Shown here piece by piece: positions 44,379 through 53,754 of a stretch of 59,662 nt of DNA. The stretch lies in NCBI GenBank assembly GCA_040380145.1, contig JBEIJQ010000001.1, positions 1 to 59,662 on the forward strand, read 5' to 3'. The position numbers were made by a program, and so were the translations under genes. This stretch comes from Lewinellaceae bacterium (GTDB lineage Bacteria > Bacteroidota > Bacteroidia > Chitinophagales > Saprospiraceae). The notes beneath the pieces are model-generated. The model searched no databases and was not told where the DNA came from. It saw only the letters and a program-made list of their open reading frames with translations. Position 1 is the first letter of the stretch, and every line of letters starts with the position of its first letter.

Positions 44379-44741
44379 ATGCGAAAGAAAAAATACCTCG
44401 GCTACTTCAAGTCGCTGTTTGGGAACAATCCGGCCCAAATGGTGGCCATGCTAGAAACTTGCTCGGGAGAATGGGCCATGCTGCTCGAAAAATTGGAAAA
44501 AGCGGTCGCCGAGCGCAATGCACATGAAATCATCAAACTTGGCGGAAGGATTAGGAGTTGTTTTCAATACAGCGGCCAAGAGGACATGGTGGAGTGCGTA
44601 GCGCGGCTGGAGCAATTTTGCGGAGAAAAAAACCGCTGGACCGACATCAAAATGTTGATCGAGGTGATCAAGGTCCATTCCAAAGAACCGCTGTGGGTCT
44701 ATGAAGCTGAAATCCTAGCACTTAAACCCAAAGTGAAATAG
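44379..44741 (+). CDS. hypothetical helical protein (120 aa)
   Basis: An ORF with plausible coding composition. No secure domain (see the rejected Hpt idea). Confidence 0.45.
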   Translation: MRKKKYLGYFKSLFGNNPAQMVAMLETCSGEWAMLLEKLEKAVAERNAHEIIKLGGRIRSCFQYSGQEDMVECVARLEQFCGEKNRWTDIKMLIEVIKVHSKEPLWVYEAEILALKPKVK

Positions 44742-44766
44742 GCTGCACTCCGGCCCCTGTTTCTTT

Positions 44767-46866
44767 TTATTGTCGCCACAGCACTGTGCCCCCTTTTTCC
44801 ACGATCAGTTTTGCTTTTTTTCCCTTCAGTAGAAATGCACCGGGCTCAAAAATCAGGGTGGCTCCTTTTTCCACGACCAGTCTTGCGCGCCGGTGCAAAC
44901 GGATGCCGCAATCCTTGGCCACGATGAATTCTGTCGGCTCCACGAAATCCCCATCCGCTGTCTTGCGGTGACGGTTGGCCACCACGCCCTTGCCCAAGCG
45001 CAGGACCGCTTTCGGACCGATCTCCAGATCGGGTGCCCGGTCTTCCGAAATGTCCTGCAGCAATAGCCGGCCTGACCAGCGCACTCTGCCGTACAGGCCC
45101 GTTTGTTTGCAACTGTACCGCACCCCGATCTCCCCGGACTGATCCTTGAAAAAAAACAGCGACAGCCCGCTCAACCGAGCATGGGGAAAACAAGTATCGC
45201 GCTGGGAATAATATCGAGTTTCAAAAATCAAGGGATTGGTGCTCAGCGTGATCGAATCGCCGGGGCGGAAAGCGTGCGGTTTGGCATATCCCTTGGCCCA
45301 AGGGCTATAGCCCCCAAAGTTGGCGTACAGGGGCAGGAATTTGCCGGGCGAAACCTCTTCGCAGGCGATGCCGAAGTCCCGTCCCTCGTTGAAGGCCATG
45401 TTGGGGTGGGGGTTCACAGCGATCGTGCCGTCGCCGTTGTAATCGTCGCGGAACCCCAACAGCGGATGGGTGCCGCCGGTTGGGTTGGCCGCTCCCCGCC
45501 GAAAAAGATACAACGTGTTGCCCCAGTCGTTGCGCACAAAAGTATCCAAACGCTCGTAATCCCAGTTGCCCGCCGCGCTGATCGGCCGCAGTGCGTTGCA
45601 GCCCGATGTGAAATTCACCGGCTGGCGTCGGCTCATGGCCACCCGCTCCCATGTAATGTACACTCCCTCGGCCAAAGGAGGCACTGTGCAGTGGCCAGGA
45701 CCGACGGCCTGACCCGCCCACGGATGTTCGTCCAAGTCAGATCGCTTGGCGTGGTTTTCCAACCAAAGAAATTGGTCGCCGTCGCTGTTGGGCAGCGGGA
45801 TGCGGGCGGCATCGCCCGTGGTGAGGAAATCCCGCAGGTAAAATTCCCCCACCGCCGCCGAATCGGGCCAGACCGGTTCCGCCACAGGTTCGATATAGCC
45901 GAGATACCACCGCTCCCATGCACTGAAAGTTCGGGCCATGGGTACGGGCGATGTGGCCGAGTTGCCGGCGCTCACCGGGTAAAAAAATTCGCCCACCGTC
46001 CCGTTGCTCGACTGGAAGTGCGGACAGTTGTACAGCGTGTGGGCGATTTCGTGTATCAAAAGCCCGGTGGGAATTCCGGCGCCTCTGCACAGCGTGAAAC
46101 CTTCTTGCAAAAAACATCCGTCCTCAAAGGGATCCAACAGTCCCAAGGCGCCCAAACCCGCAAATCCGCCGTCGGAACCGGGCCAGCGGGCCATTCCCGG
46201 GGCGGGTTGGTTGCCCCAGCCGGGGTCATACCGATACACGAAAATCGCATAGTCCACTGCCCGATCGGGCTTGCTGACCACCGTGTCGCTGTTGTCGAAC
46301 CGAAAATCCGGGCCGTTGGCCCTGCGATCAAACTCCCGGTAATCGAAATCGGGGTTCAATGCCCGCATCTGCTCGACCACTTTTTTGTTGACATGCCCCC
46401 AAGTCGAGCAACCCTCCGGATCCACTTCAACCGCCACCGGCAAACCCTCCGCATCGCGGAAAGTTTCGCCCATGAACTTGAAATCCCCCAGGGGAAGCGA
46501 GTTTTGGTGCCAGATCCGGGAAATACAGGTCTTGGAAGGATCGTCCCGGTACAGGGGAAATTCCTCCGGGCGGTTGTACACGAAGTCCGGGCAGGCACCG
46601 GTCACGGGGTCCACATAATCGGGAAGACCCCGTTGTTCCGGACCGTCCGACCAGCGGTCCAAAGCCTGTCCGACATTCGTGAAGGCGGGATTTTGCGCGG
46701 TACCTTCCCGAAACCGGACAAAAACCACCAGTGCTTTTAGTTCGCCCCGGGGCGTGAACGCACCTCCGTAAGGTCCGTAGTGCTCGGCGTTTTGTTGGCC
46801 AGCCAGCGGAATGGTTGTCCAGGCAGACAGGCAAAGCAAAAGCAGGTGCACAAGTAGGTTTTTCAT
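44767..46866 (-). CDS. secreted protein with single HExxH motif (putative zinc metallopeptidase)
   Basis: Signal peptide MKNLLVHLLLLCLSAWTTIPLAGQ and 'GLLIHEIAHTLYNCPH'. No T9SS CTD is recognisable at the C-terminus. Confidence 0.6.
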   Translation of the reverse strand: MKNLLVHLLLLCLSAWTTIPLAGQQNAEHYGPYGGAFTPRGELKALVVFVRFREGTAQNPAFTNVGQALDRWSDGPEQRGLPDYVDPVTGACPDFVYNRPEEFPLYRDDPSKTCISRIWHQNSLPLGDFKFMGETFRDAEGLPVAVEVDPEGCSTWGHVNKKVVEQMRALNPDFDYREFDRRANGPDFRFDNSDTVVSKPDRAVDYAIFVYRYDPGWGNQPAPGMARWPGSDGGFAGLGALGLLDPFEDGCFLQEGFTLCRGAGIPTGLLIHEIAHTLYNCPHFQSSNGTVGEFFYPVSAGNSATSPVPMARTFSAWERWYLGYIEPVAEPVWPDSAAVGEFYLRDFLTTGDAARIPLPNSDGDQFLWLENHAKRSDLDEHPWAGQAVGPGHCTVPPLAEGVYITWERVAMSRRQPVNFTSGCNALRPISAAGNWDYERLDTFVRNDWGNTLYLFRRGAANPTGGTHPLLGFRDDYNGDGTIAVNPHPNMAFNEGRDFGIACEEVSPGKFLPLYANFGGYSPWAKGYAKPHAFRPGDSITLSTNPLIFETRYYSQRDTCFPHARLSGLSLFFFKDQSGEIGVRYSCKQTGLYGRVRWSGRLLLQDISEDRAPDLEIGPKAVLRLGKGVVANRHRKTADGDFVEPTEFIVAKDCGIRLHRRARLVVEKGATLIFEPGAFLLKGKKAKLIVEKGGTVLWRQ

Positions 46867-47079
46867 GTCGGGAGGTTTTGATCGCGTGCAAAAATAACGG
46901 TTCCACGCTTTGGGTAGGGTGGTATGGGGGTGTTGCTTTGCAAGTCTTTTTTACCCGAAAATCGCTTCCGGGAGCGGTTTTTGGGATAAAAAAAATGACT
47001 TTTTCCATTCAGGAAAAATTTTCCGAAAGTATGGCCCGAGAATTGCAAACGGGCAATTTCTCATCAAAACCACTTCACC

Positions 47080-48198
47080 ATGCGTACCGCTGTTTTTTCG
47101 TTTCTTTTTCTTCTACTCTCCGCGGGACTTCAATCCGCGCCTCCCAAGCCCGAGGGAATCCCCCGTATCCAGATCGCATTGCTGCTCGACACTTCGAGCA
47201 GCATGGACGGCCTGATCAACCAGGCCAAGGCCCAACTTTGGAAAATGGTGAACCGGTTTTTGAAGGCCCGAAAAATGGGCTCGATGCCCCAGATCGAGAT
47301 CGCGCTGTACGAATACGGGAAATCCACTTTGCCGGCCGATCAGGGGTACATCCGTCAGGTATTGCCCTTTACCTCCGATTTTGACCAGGTTTCCAAAGAG
47401 TTGTTCGCCTTGATTACCAACGGAGGCGATGAATTTTGCGGACAAGTGATCCGCAGCGCCGTGAACGATCTGGCTTGGAGCAAAGACAATGGCGATCTGA
47501 AAATCGTGTTCATCGCCGGCAACGAACCTTTCGACCAGGGTTTCGTTGCTTTCCGCGAGAGTTGCAACGGTGCAGTGGAAAAATCTATCGTGGTGAACAC
47601 GATTTATTGCGGTGTTTGCGAAAACGGCATCCGGGAGTTTTGGAAAGAAGGGGCCGACCTTGGCAAGGGGCAGTACAACTGCATCGCAACGGACGCCAAA
47701 GTGGCTTATGTGCCCACGCCATACGACCAACGGATCGTGATCCTGAACGATTCGCTCAACGGTACCTATGTTCCCATGGGCGAACGGGGCCGTCGGGGCA
47801 AGGCTCGCCAGTTGGAAGAAGACAACAATGCTGGAACTTACGGGCAGGCCAACGGTGCGCAAAGAGCCGTGACCAAGGCATCTGCTCAATACGACAACCG
47901 CGAGTGGGATGCGGTGGACGCTTACCGGGCCGATCGAGAAGGATTTGTCGCGCGGGGAGCAAGCCTGGATTTGCCTGAGGAATACAAAGGCTTGAGCGGA
48001 GCTGAATTGGAACAGAAAATAAAGGCCGTGAGCGAGAAACGCCGGGCGATCCAAGAGGAAATCCAACGGCTCAACAAACAGGCGGATGAATTTCGGGCGA
48101 TCGAAAGTGCCAAGATAGCGGGAGAGAACACATTGGATCTGGTCCTCGACAAGATGATCGTGGAGCAGGCGACGGCGAGGGGATTCGTGTTCGAGTGA
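47080..48198 (+). CDS. secreted von Willebrand factor A domain protein
   Basis: Signal peptide, MIDAS 'LLLDTSSSMDG', 'ITNGGDE' and a C-terminal coiled-coil-like region 'ELEQKIKAVSEKRRAIQEEIQRLNKQADEF'. Confidence 0.7.
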   Translation: MRTAVFSFLFLLLSAGLQSAPPKPEGIPRIQIALLLDTSSSMDGLINQAKAQLWKMVNRFLKARKMGSMPQIEIALYEYGKSTLPADQGYIRQVLPFTSDFDQVSKELFALITNGGDEFCGQVIRSAVNDLAWSKDNGDLKIVFIAGNEPFDQGFVAFRESCNGAVEKSIVVNTIYCGVCENGIREFWKEGADLGKGQYNCIATDAKVAYVPTPYDQRIVILNDSLNGTYVPMGERGRRGKARQLEEDNNAGTYGQANGAQRAVTKASAQYDNREWDAVDAYRADREGFVARGASLDLPEEYKGLSGAELEQKIKAVSEKRRAIQEEIQRLNKQADEFRAIESAKIAGENTLDLVLDKMIVEQATARGFVFE

Positions 48199-48206
48199 AG
48201 CCGATA

Positions 48207-49292
48207 TCAGGCTTCTTCATCATCTTCATCATCTTCATCATCTTCATCTTGATCTTTGGGCTCCCCTTCGTCTGCGGGGGGGGCCTTTTCTTTTTGCATC
48301 ATTTCGCGAACGAACTTGCGGCCGACCACGATCAGGATGCCCACAAAGAGACCTATGATGGCGCCAATGAGGAGGTTGAACCACTGGTCCGCCTTTTTTT
48401 CGGTCAGCGGCATCAGCGGTTCGTCTATCAGTTGGATGACGGGGGTTTTGTTTTCCAGCGAAATACGGGCACCCTCCAAGCTGCTGGCCGCTTCGTAAAA
48501 CGAACGTGCCGTAATGTTCACTTCGCGTTGCATGCCCTGTTGACGGACTTTGGGCGCCAATCGAACGGGACCGAGATGTGAATCGAAGTCTTCGGCCAGG
48601 GCCTTCTCCGCCCCGCTCAGTTTGCCTTTGAGTTCTTCGACCCGCTTGAGCAGGCGGTCGTAGATGACCTGTTGTTTTTCGACGGTCGTCTGTATGTAGT
48701 ATTGGCTGGTAGCCTGATAGAGAATGTTGAGGAAATGGAACGAAACGGCTTCCGACTCCGTGGTCACGTTCACGGTCACCACCCCTGCCGGGGAAATGAA
48801 GTAGGTGAGCATGGTCTTGGTGATCTTGGAGTGGATGTTCTTGAGCGCTTTGTTTTCGTTGATATTGAATATGGGAAAAGAGTCGTGGGCGTAACGGAAC
48901 TGGTTTTCGGAGAGTTTGTCCAAGTAATGGTTGATCAGGAAATCGTCTTTCCCGGCGATGTTCACGCGGGTGAAGAGCGCATCGCGGACGATCCTGCGGG
49001 ATTTCAGCATCTCGGTAATCTTGTCGAGATTGGCGCTTCCGCTGCTCTGGGTTCCCAAAAAGGCATCGTAAATGCCACCGAGCGAGGCCACGGGCGTAGC
49101 ATCGTTGAGCATGAAAGTGAGCTGGGCCGTATAAGTCGGTGGGGTAGAGATGGCTACCAGGAACAGCAGCCCTCCCATACCTCCCGATAGCAGCAGGACG
49201 ATCCAGATTTTCAGGACGATCTCTCGTAAATACGACTTGACGATCTCAAGTGTATCTGGTGCGTCCGGCGATTTAGGCGCTTTTTTGCTCAT
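48207..49292 (-). CDS. Wzz-like polysaccharide chain-length determinant protein
   Basis: An N-terminal TM followed by 'PPTYTAQLTFMLND', a long periplasmic helical region and a C-terminal TM 'LLIGAIIGLFVGILIVVG'. It ends in the acidic tail DQDEDDEDDEDDEEA. Confidence 0.7.
   Translation of the reverse strand: MSKKAPKSPDAPDTLEIVKSYLREIVLKIWIVLLLSGGMGGLLFLVAISTPPTYTAQLTFMLNDATPVASLGGIYDAFLGTQSSGSANLDKITEMLKSRRIVRDALFTRVNIAGKDDFLINHYLDKLSENQFRYAHDSFPIFNINENKALKNIHSKITKTMLTYFISPAGVVTVNVTTESEAVSFHFLNILYQATSQYYIQTTVEKQQVIYDRLLKRVEELKGKLSGAEKALAEDFDSHLGPVRLAPKVRQQGMQREVNITARSFYEAASSLEGARISLENKTPVIQLIDEPLMPLTEKKADQWFNLLIGAIIGLFVGILIVVGRKFVREMMQKEKAPPADEGEPKDQDEDDEDDEDDEEA
48215..48248. repeat. 9-bp tandem repeat (CTTCATCAT x ~3.8) encoding the acidic tail of the Wzz-like protein
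   Basis: Read directly from the sequence at 48215-48248. Confidence 0.8.
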
Positions 49293-49307
49293 TCGTGTAC
49301 GAAAGGA

Positions 49308-51707
49308 TTACTGGGCGACCCGTAAGGCAGTTTGGATCAGCAGGTACAAGGTAAGGGCCGCTGTGGTCTGTGAAATAAAGGAATTGAAAAACCGTGTCAG
49401 ATCCACGGGTTGCCTTTCCCGTTGCATTTTCTCTTTGGGCTGTTTACGCTCGACGCTGACCACCGATCCTTGTTGCACTTTGGGGTATTTCAAGAAAAAC
49501 AGGTAGCGCTTCGTTTTTTTGATGTCGCCGTTGGGATAGGTCACATATATGAGGTTGTAACTGCCGTTTTTTTTGCGGTTGACTCCGGCTGCGTATTGGT
49601 CCACATAATAACGGGCGTTCCGGTTGGGGTGGTAGGGAACGCTTATTTTTTGGAGGTCTCCGGAATCTATGGGCGGGTAGTTCACAAAACCCTTGATCGT
49701 GACGAGGTCCTTGATTTTGGGGATATAGATAGAATCACCTTCTTTGAGGATGTAGTTGAAATTGGAGTTGGGATCCGACATCACCTCGGATGCATCGAGC
49801 AGCACATAGCCGAGTTTCCCTTCTTTGCGGATGAGCGTCGAACCTTTCAGGAAAGCAGCATCGGTGGGGCCTCCGGCACGCTGGATCAAGCTGAGGACGC
49901 GTTCGTTCTTGTCGATGATCGTATAAACCCCCGGGAAGCGCACCTCACCGTATATGAACACGTTGCGCTGCAGTTCGAATTCCGGGGCGGATCGCACGAA
50001 AACTTGGTCGAAAGGTTCCAATTGATAGTCTCCTTCGAGCGATAGATCGTCGTCGATTTCGACGGTCTGCACCACCACGCGGGTATTTTCGTTTCGACCT
50101 TTGACGATCCTGGATATTTCTATGCGGTTATTGGCCGCCTCCTCCATCAGGCCGCCCGACAGGAATATCACGTCCTTTAGCGTCAAATTGGAGCTGTATA
50201 TGTGGTAGCCCGGCTCGCGCACGGCCCCATAGATTGCGATGGAGTAATCGTTCCTGAACTTGGATTTCGGTTCGATCCTGATCAGGTCGTAGGGCCGAAG
50301 CCGAACATTCGCGGCAGCCAGTGGGTTGGCCAATAGAGTGTCGAGGTTCAGGCGGATGTATTCTTTGGAAAGGTCTTCCTTGATACGGATGATGTACATG
50401 CGGTCGGTACGGGCTGCGGCCAAAAGCCCTGCCTTGTTGAGCACATCGTTGAGGCGCGTGCTGTCGGGCACCAGTTCGTATTGCCCGGGAATGCGAACTG
50501 CTCCCACCACATCCACGAAATTGCTGTACGAGATCTTGATGGGTGAAATGGTCACCACATCCCCGAGCAACAGCTCGAAGTCTTTTTTGTTGGCGAGCAA
50601 TTCCTTGAGGTTGACGTCGATCAGCATCTCTTGGTCGTTCACAAAGCGCTTTATCTGGATATTGTTGTGGTAAGCATCCGGCTCCAAGCCTCCGGCGTAC
50701 TCGATCAGCTTGATCAGGTTTTCGCCTCTGGTCAGTTCGTAGAAAAAAGGTCTTTTGACTGATCCTTTGATCTCCACGACGCGTTCGGCGAGGGGAACGA
50801 ATATGTAGTCGTTGTTGGCCAGAAAAAACTCGTCGCGCACGTTGGGATCCTGCAAAAAGGCGTACAAATCGAGCGTGCGGTCTTTTTGCAGCGAGCTGAA
50901 CACCTTGATCGAACGGACGCTGCCGATCTGGTTGGGACCGCCCGCGGCGACGAGCGCGTTGAAAGCGGTGTTGGTCGCTGGTATGGTGAAACTTCCCGGC
51001 GTGAAGACCTCGCCGGTGATGTTGATGGTGATGCTGCGGACATAGTTCAGGTTGATCTCGATCTGCGTGGCCGGACCGTCCAGATCGATGTAACGACCGA
51101 GGTGCGTGATAAGGATGCTCTTTGCTTTTCCGAAGGTGACGCCTTTGAGATATACCCGCGGGATGTTGATCAGCTCGGTCCGCAGGTCCACATACCCCTC
51201 GTTGTTGATCTTGAAAACCCCGCTGTAATCGCTGTCGCCCCAGATATTGACGTTCAGTTCGTCGTTCACGTCCAAGATGTAACTGTCCAAAGCTTCGACT
51301 TTGCGCTTGGCGGTGAACAGCGAAATACTTTTGTCGCGGAAGAACTGTTGACCATAAATCTTGGCCGGGGGCAGGCCTTCGCGGCCTTTAACGACGATCT
51401 CATCGTCTTTTTGCGTCTCTTCCTCGGCTTGGGTGTTGTTATCGGTCGGACTGGTCGGCGGCTGAGTCGGCACCACTTCCCGCTCGGGCGTGCGGGTGGG
51501 GAGGATGATGTCGGGCTTGCCGGGCATGGGAGTAGTACCGGGAAAACCACCCGGGATACCACCGGGCAGACCACCGGGAAGACCACCAGGCAAGCCGCCA
51601 GGTAACCCGGGCAAAATCGGTGGTTCTTGGGCTTGGGCAATTTGCGCCAGCAAGGAGATCAGCGCGGCGATCAGCCAAAAGCGGAGGGAAAGGTTAAGAT
51701 GCGCCAT
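49308..51707 (-). CDS. polysaccharide export outer-membrane protein (Wza-like, multiple SLBB domains)
   Basis: ATG 51707 (MAHLNLSLRFWLIAALISLLAQIAQAQ). Poly_export-like 'YILDVNDELNVNIWG' and repeated SLBB-type blocks such as 'V.G.V..PG.Y'. The start overlaps the rfbB 3' end by 14 nt. Confidence 0.8.
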   Translation of the reverse strand: MAHLNLSLRFWLIAALISLLAQIAQAQEPPILPGLPGGLPGGLPGGLPGGIPGGFPGTTPMPGKPDIILPTRTPEREVVPTQPPTSPTDNNTQAEEETQKDDEIVVKGREGLPPAKIYGQQFFRDKSISLFTAKRKVEALDSYILDVNDELNVNIWGDSDYSGVFKINNEGYVDLRTELINIPRVYLKGVTFGKAKSILITHLGRYIDLDGPATQIEINLNYVRSITINITGEVFTPGSFTIPATNTAFNALVAAGGPNQIGSVRSIKVFSSLQKDRTLDLYAFLQDPNVRDEFFLANNDYIFVPLAERVVEIKGSVKRPFFYELTRGENLIKLIEYAGGLEPDAYHNNIQIKRFVNDQEMLIDVNLKELLANKKDFELLLGDVVTISPIKISYSNFVDVVGAVRIPGQYELVPDSTRLNDVLNKAGLLAAARTDRMYIIRIKEDLSKEYIRLNLDTLLANPLAAANVRLRPYDLIRIEPKSKFRNDYSIAIYGAVREPGYHIYSSNLTLKDVIFLSGGLMEEAANNRIEISRIVKGRNENTRVVVQTVEIDDDLSLEGDYQLEPFDQVFVRSAPEFELQRNVFIYGEVRFPGVYTIIDKNERVLSLIQRAGGPTDAAFLKGSTLIRKEGKLGYVLLDASEVMSDPNSNFNYILKEGDSIYIPKIKDLVTIKGFVNYPPIDSGDLQKISVPYHPNRNARYYVDQYAAGVNRKKNGSYNLIYVTYPNGDIKKTKRYLFFLKYPKVQQGSVVSVERKQPKEKMQRERQPVDLTRFFNSFISQTTAALTLYLLIQTALRVAQ
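51541..51612. repeat. 12-bp tandem repeat encoding (L/I)PGG x ~6 in the Wza-like N-terminus
   Basis: Imperfect repeats of 'ACCACCGGGCAG'. The translated peptide is PGLPGGLPGGLPGGLPGGIPGGFPG. Confidence 0.75.
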
Positions 51708-52758
51708 ATTGTTTTTCGTAGTAAAGCCGGTATTCGCCACTGGTGACGTGGCGAAGCCAGGATTCGTTTGCAAGATACCAGTCTATGGTCAGGGAAAGTC
51801 CTTCTTCGAATTGCAGCGAGGGCGACCAGCCGAGCTCGCGCTCGATTTTGGTGGCATCGATTGCATAGCGGCGGTCGTGCCCAGGACGGTCTTTGACAAA
51901 GTTAATAGTGCCGCGCGCGGTGCCAGCGGGCCGTCCGAGCTTTTGGTCGCACAGATCGCACAACAAGTGCACGAGGTCAATGTTTTTCCATTCGTTGAAG
52001 CCGCCGATGTTGTAGGTCTCGCCCAGTTCGCCGCGGTGGAAAACCGTGTCAATGGCCGCAGCGTGGTCTTTCACCCACAGCCAGTCGCGCGTGTACTTGC
52101 CGTCGCCGTACACCGGCAGGGGCTTCCCGTGGATGATGTTCTGGATGCAAAGGGGGATCAGTTTTTCCGGAAACTGGTTGGGACCGTAGTTGTTCGAGCA
52201 GTTCGATATGACCACCGGCAACCCGTAAGTGTGGTAATAAGCGCGTACCAAGTGGTCGGAACTGGCCTTGGATGCGGAGTACGGGGAACGCGGGTCGTAG
52301 GAGGTTTCCTCGGTGAACAGGCCCGTATCGCCCAGCGTGCCATATACTTCGTCGGTGGACACATGGTAAAAAAGACGGCCCTCTTCTTTGCCCATCCAGT
52401 TTTTTCTTGCCGCGTTGAGAAGTACGGCCGTGCCGATGATGTTGGTCTGGATGAATTCCAACGGGTTGCTGATCGAACGGTCAACATGCGATTCGGCCGC
52501 AAGGTGTACGACTCCTTGAAAATCCCATTTCGCGAACAGCTCGTCCACGAACCCCTGGTCCGTGATGTCGCCTAGCACAAAAGTATAGTTGGAGCGGGAC
52601 GAAATATCCGAGAGGTTCTCGAGGTTGCCCGCATAAGTCAACTTGTCGAGGTTGACGATGTGGTACCCGGGGTATTTTTCGGAGAAAAGCCTGACGACAT
52701 GGGAGCCGATGAAACCGGCGCCTCCGGTGATCAGAATATTTTTTTGAGGGGCGGACAT
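51694..52758 (-). CDS. rfbB: dTDP-glucose 4,6-dehydratase
   Basis: 'ILITGGAGFIGSHVV', 'VNLDKLTYAGNLENL', 'YSASKASSDHLVRAY' and 'RPGHDRRYAID'. Confidence 0.9.
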   Translation of the reverse strand: MSAPQKNILITGGAGFIGSHVVRLFSEKYPGYHIVNLDKLTYAGNLENLSDISSRSNYTFVLGDITDQGFVDELFAKWDFQGVVHLAAESHVDRSISNPLEFIQTNIIGTAVLLNAARKNWMGKEEGRLFYHVSTDEVYGTLGDTGLFTEETSYDPRSPYSASKASSDHLVRAYYHTYGLPVVISNCSNNYGPNQFPEKLIPLCIQNIIHGKPLPVYGDGKYTRDWLWVKDHAAAIDTVFHRGELGETYNIGGFNEWKNIDLVHLLCDLCDQKLGRPAGTARGTINFVKDRPGHDRRYAIDATKIERELGWSPSLQFEEGLSLTIDWYLANESWLRHVTSGEYRLYYEKQYGAS

Positions 52759-52800
52759 GACCGAACAGTATGAAGAGTTAAAGCCAAAAACGGCGCTAAT

Positions 52801-53733
52801 TTACGAACACATTTCTTGAAAATAAGCATAAGTTCTGCGAATGCCTTCGTGGCGGGCGATCTTAGGCGACCAACCGAGCAGTTCGCAGGCCAACGAGATG
52901 TCCGGACGACGCTGTTTGGGGTCGTCCTTTGGCAACGGTTCGTGCACGATATGGCCGCTGCCGACTAGGTCGATGACCTCTCGGGCCATTTCGAGGACGG
53001 TGATCTCGTCGGGGTTGCCGATGTTCACCGGCTGCGGATAATCCGAATGCAGGAGGCGGTAAATGCCCTCCACCAGATCGTCCACATAGCAGAACGATCG
53101 GGTCTGGGAGCCGTCCCCGTAAACGGTCAGTCCCTCGCCGCGGATGGCCTGGCTGAAAAATGTCGGAAGGGCGCGGCCGTCGTCCAGCCGCATCCGGGGG
53201 CCGTAGGTGTTGAAGATCCGAACGATCCGGGTCTCCAATCCGTGGGCGTGGTGGTAGGCCATGGTGATCGCCTCCAAAAAACGTTTGGCCTCGTCGTACA
53301 CCCCCCTGGGGCCGATGGGGTTTACATTGCCCCAATATCCTTCGTGCTGGGGATGGACCAGTGGATCGCCGTACACTTCCGAAGTGGAGGCCACCAGGAT
53401 CCGCGCACCCTTGGCCAAGGCCAGTCCCAACAGGTTGTAGGTGCCCAGCGAACCTACTTTGAGGGTCTGGATGGGCATCTTCAGATAGTCCACCGGACTG
53501 GCCGGTGAGGCAAAGTGCAGGATGTAGTCCAAGCGGCCGGGCACATGCACGAACTTGGTGACATCGTGGTGGTAGTACTCGAAATTTTTGAGCGGGAAAA
53601 GATGCTCGATGTTGCGCAGGTTGCCGGTCAACAGGTTGTCCATCGCGATGACCCGGTAATCCCGTTCGATGAAGTGGTCGCAAAGATGGGATCCGAGGAA
53701 TCCCGCTGCTCCGGTGATGAGTACGCTTCGCAT
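52801..53733 (-). CDS. UDP-glucuronate decarboxylase (UDP-xylose synthase)
   Basis: '[16 protein letters not shown]', '[11 protein letters not shown]', 'STSEVYGDP' and '[10 protein letters not shown]' form an SDR extended family pattern typical of UXS. Confidence 0.85.
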   Translation of the reverse strand: MRSVLITGAAGFLGSHLCDHFIERDYRVIAMDNLLTGNLRNIEHLFPLKNFEYYHHDVTKFVHVPGRLDYILHFASPASPVDYLKMPIQTLKVGSLGTYNLLGLALAKGARILVASTSEVYGDPLVHPQHEGYWGNVNPIGPRGVYDEAKRFLEAITMAYHHAHGLETRIVRIFNTYGPRMRLDDGRALPTFFSQAIRGEGLTVYGDGSQTRSFCYVDDLVEGIYRLLHSDYPQPVNIGNPDEITVLEMAREVIDLVGSGHIVHEPLPKDDPKQRRPDISLACELLGWSPKIARHEGIRRTYAYFQEMCS

Positions 53734-53754
53734 GGTGGTCGGGTTCGGATGGGT

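Noticed and set aside
44379-44741. Hpt (histidine phosphotransfer) domain in the 120-aa helical protein
   Set aside because: 'NAHEIIKLGG' resembles the HxxKG motif but has an extra residue. There are no two-component genes nearby. The evidence is too weak to call.
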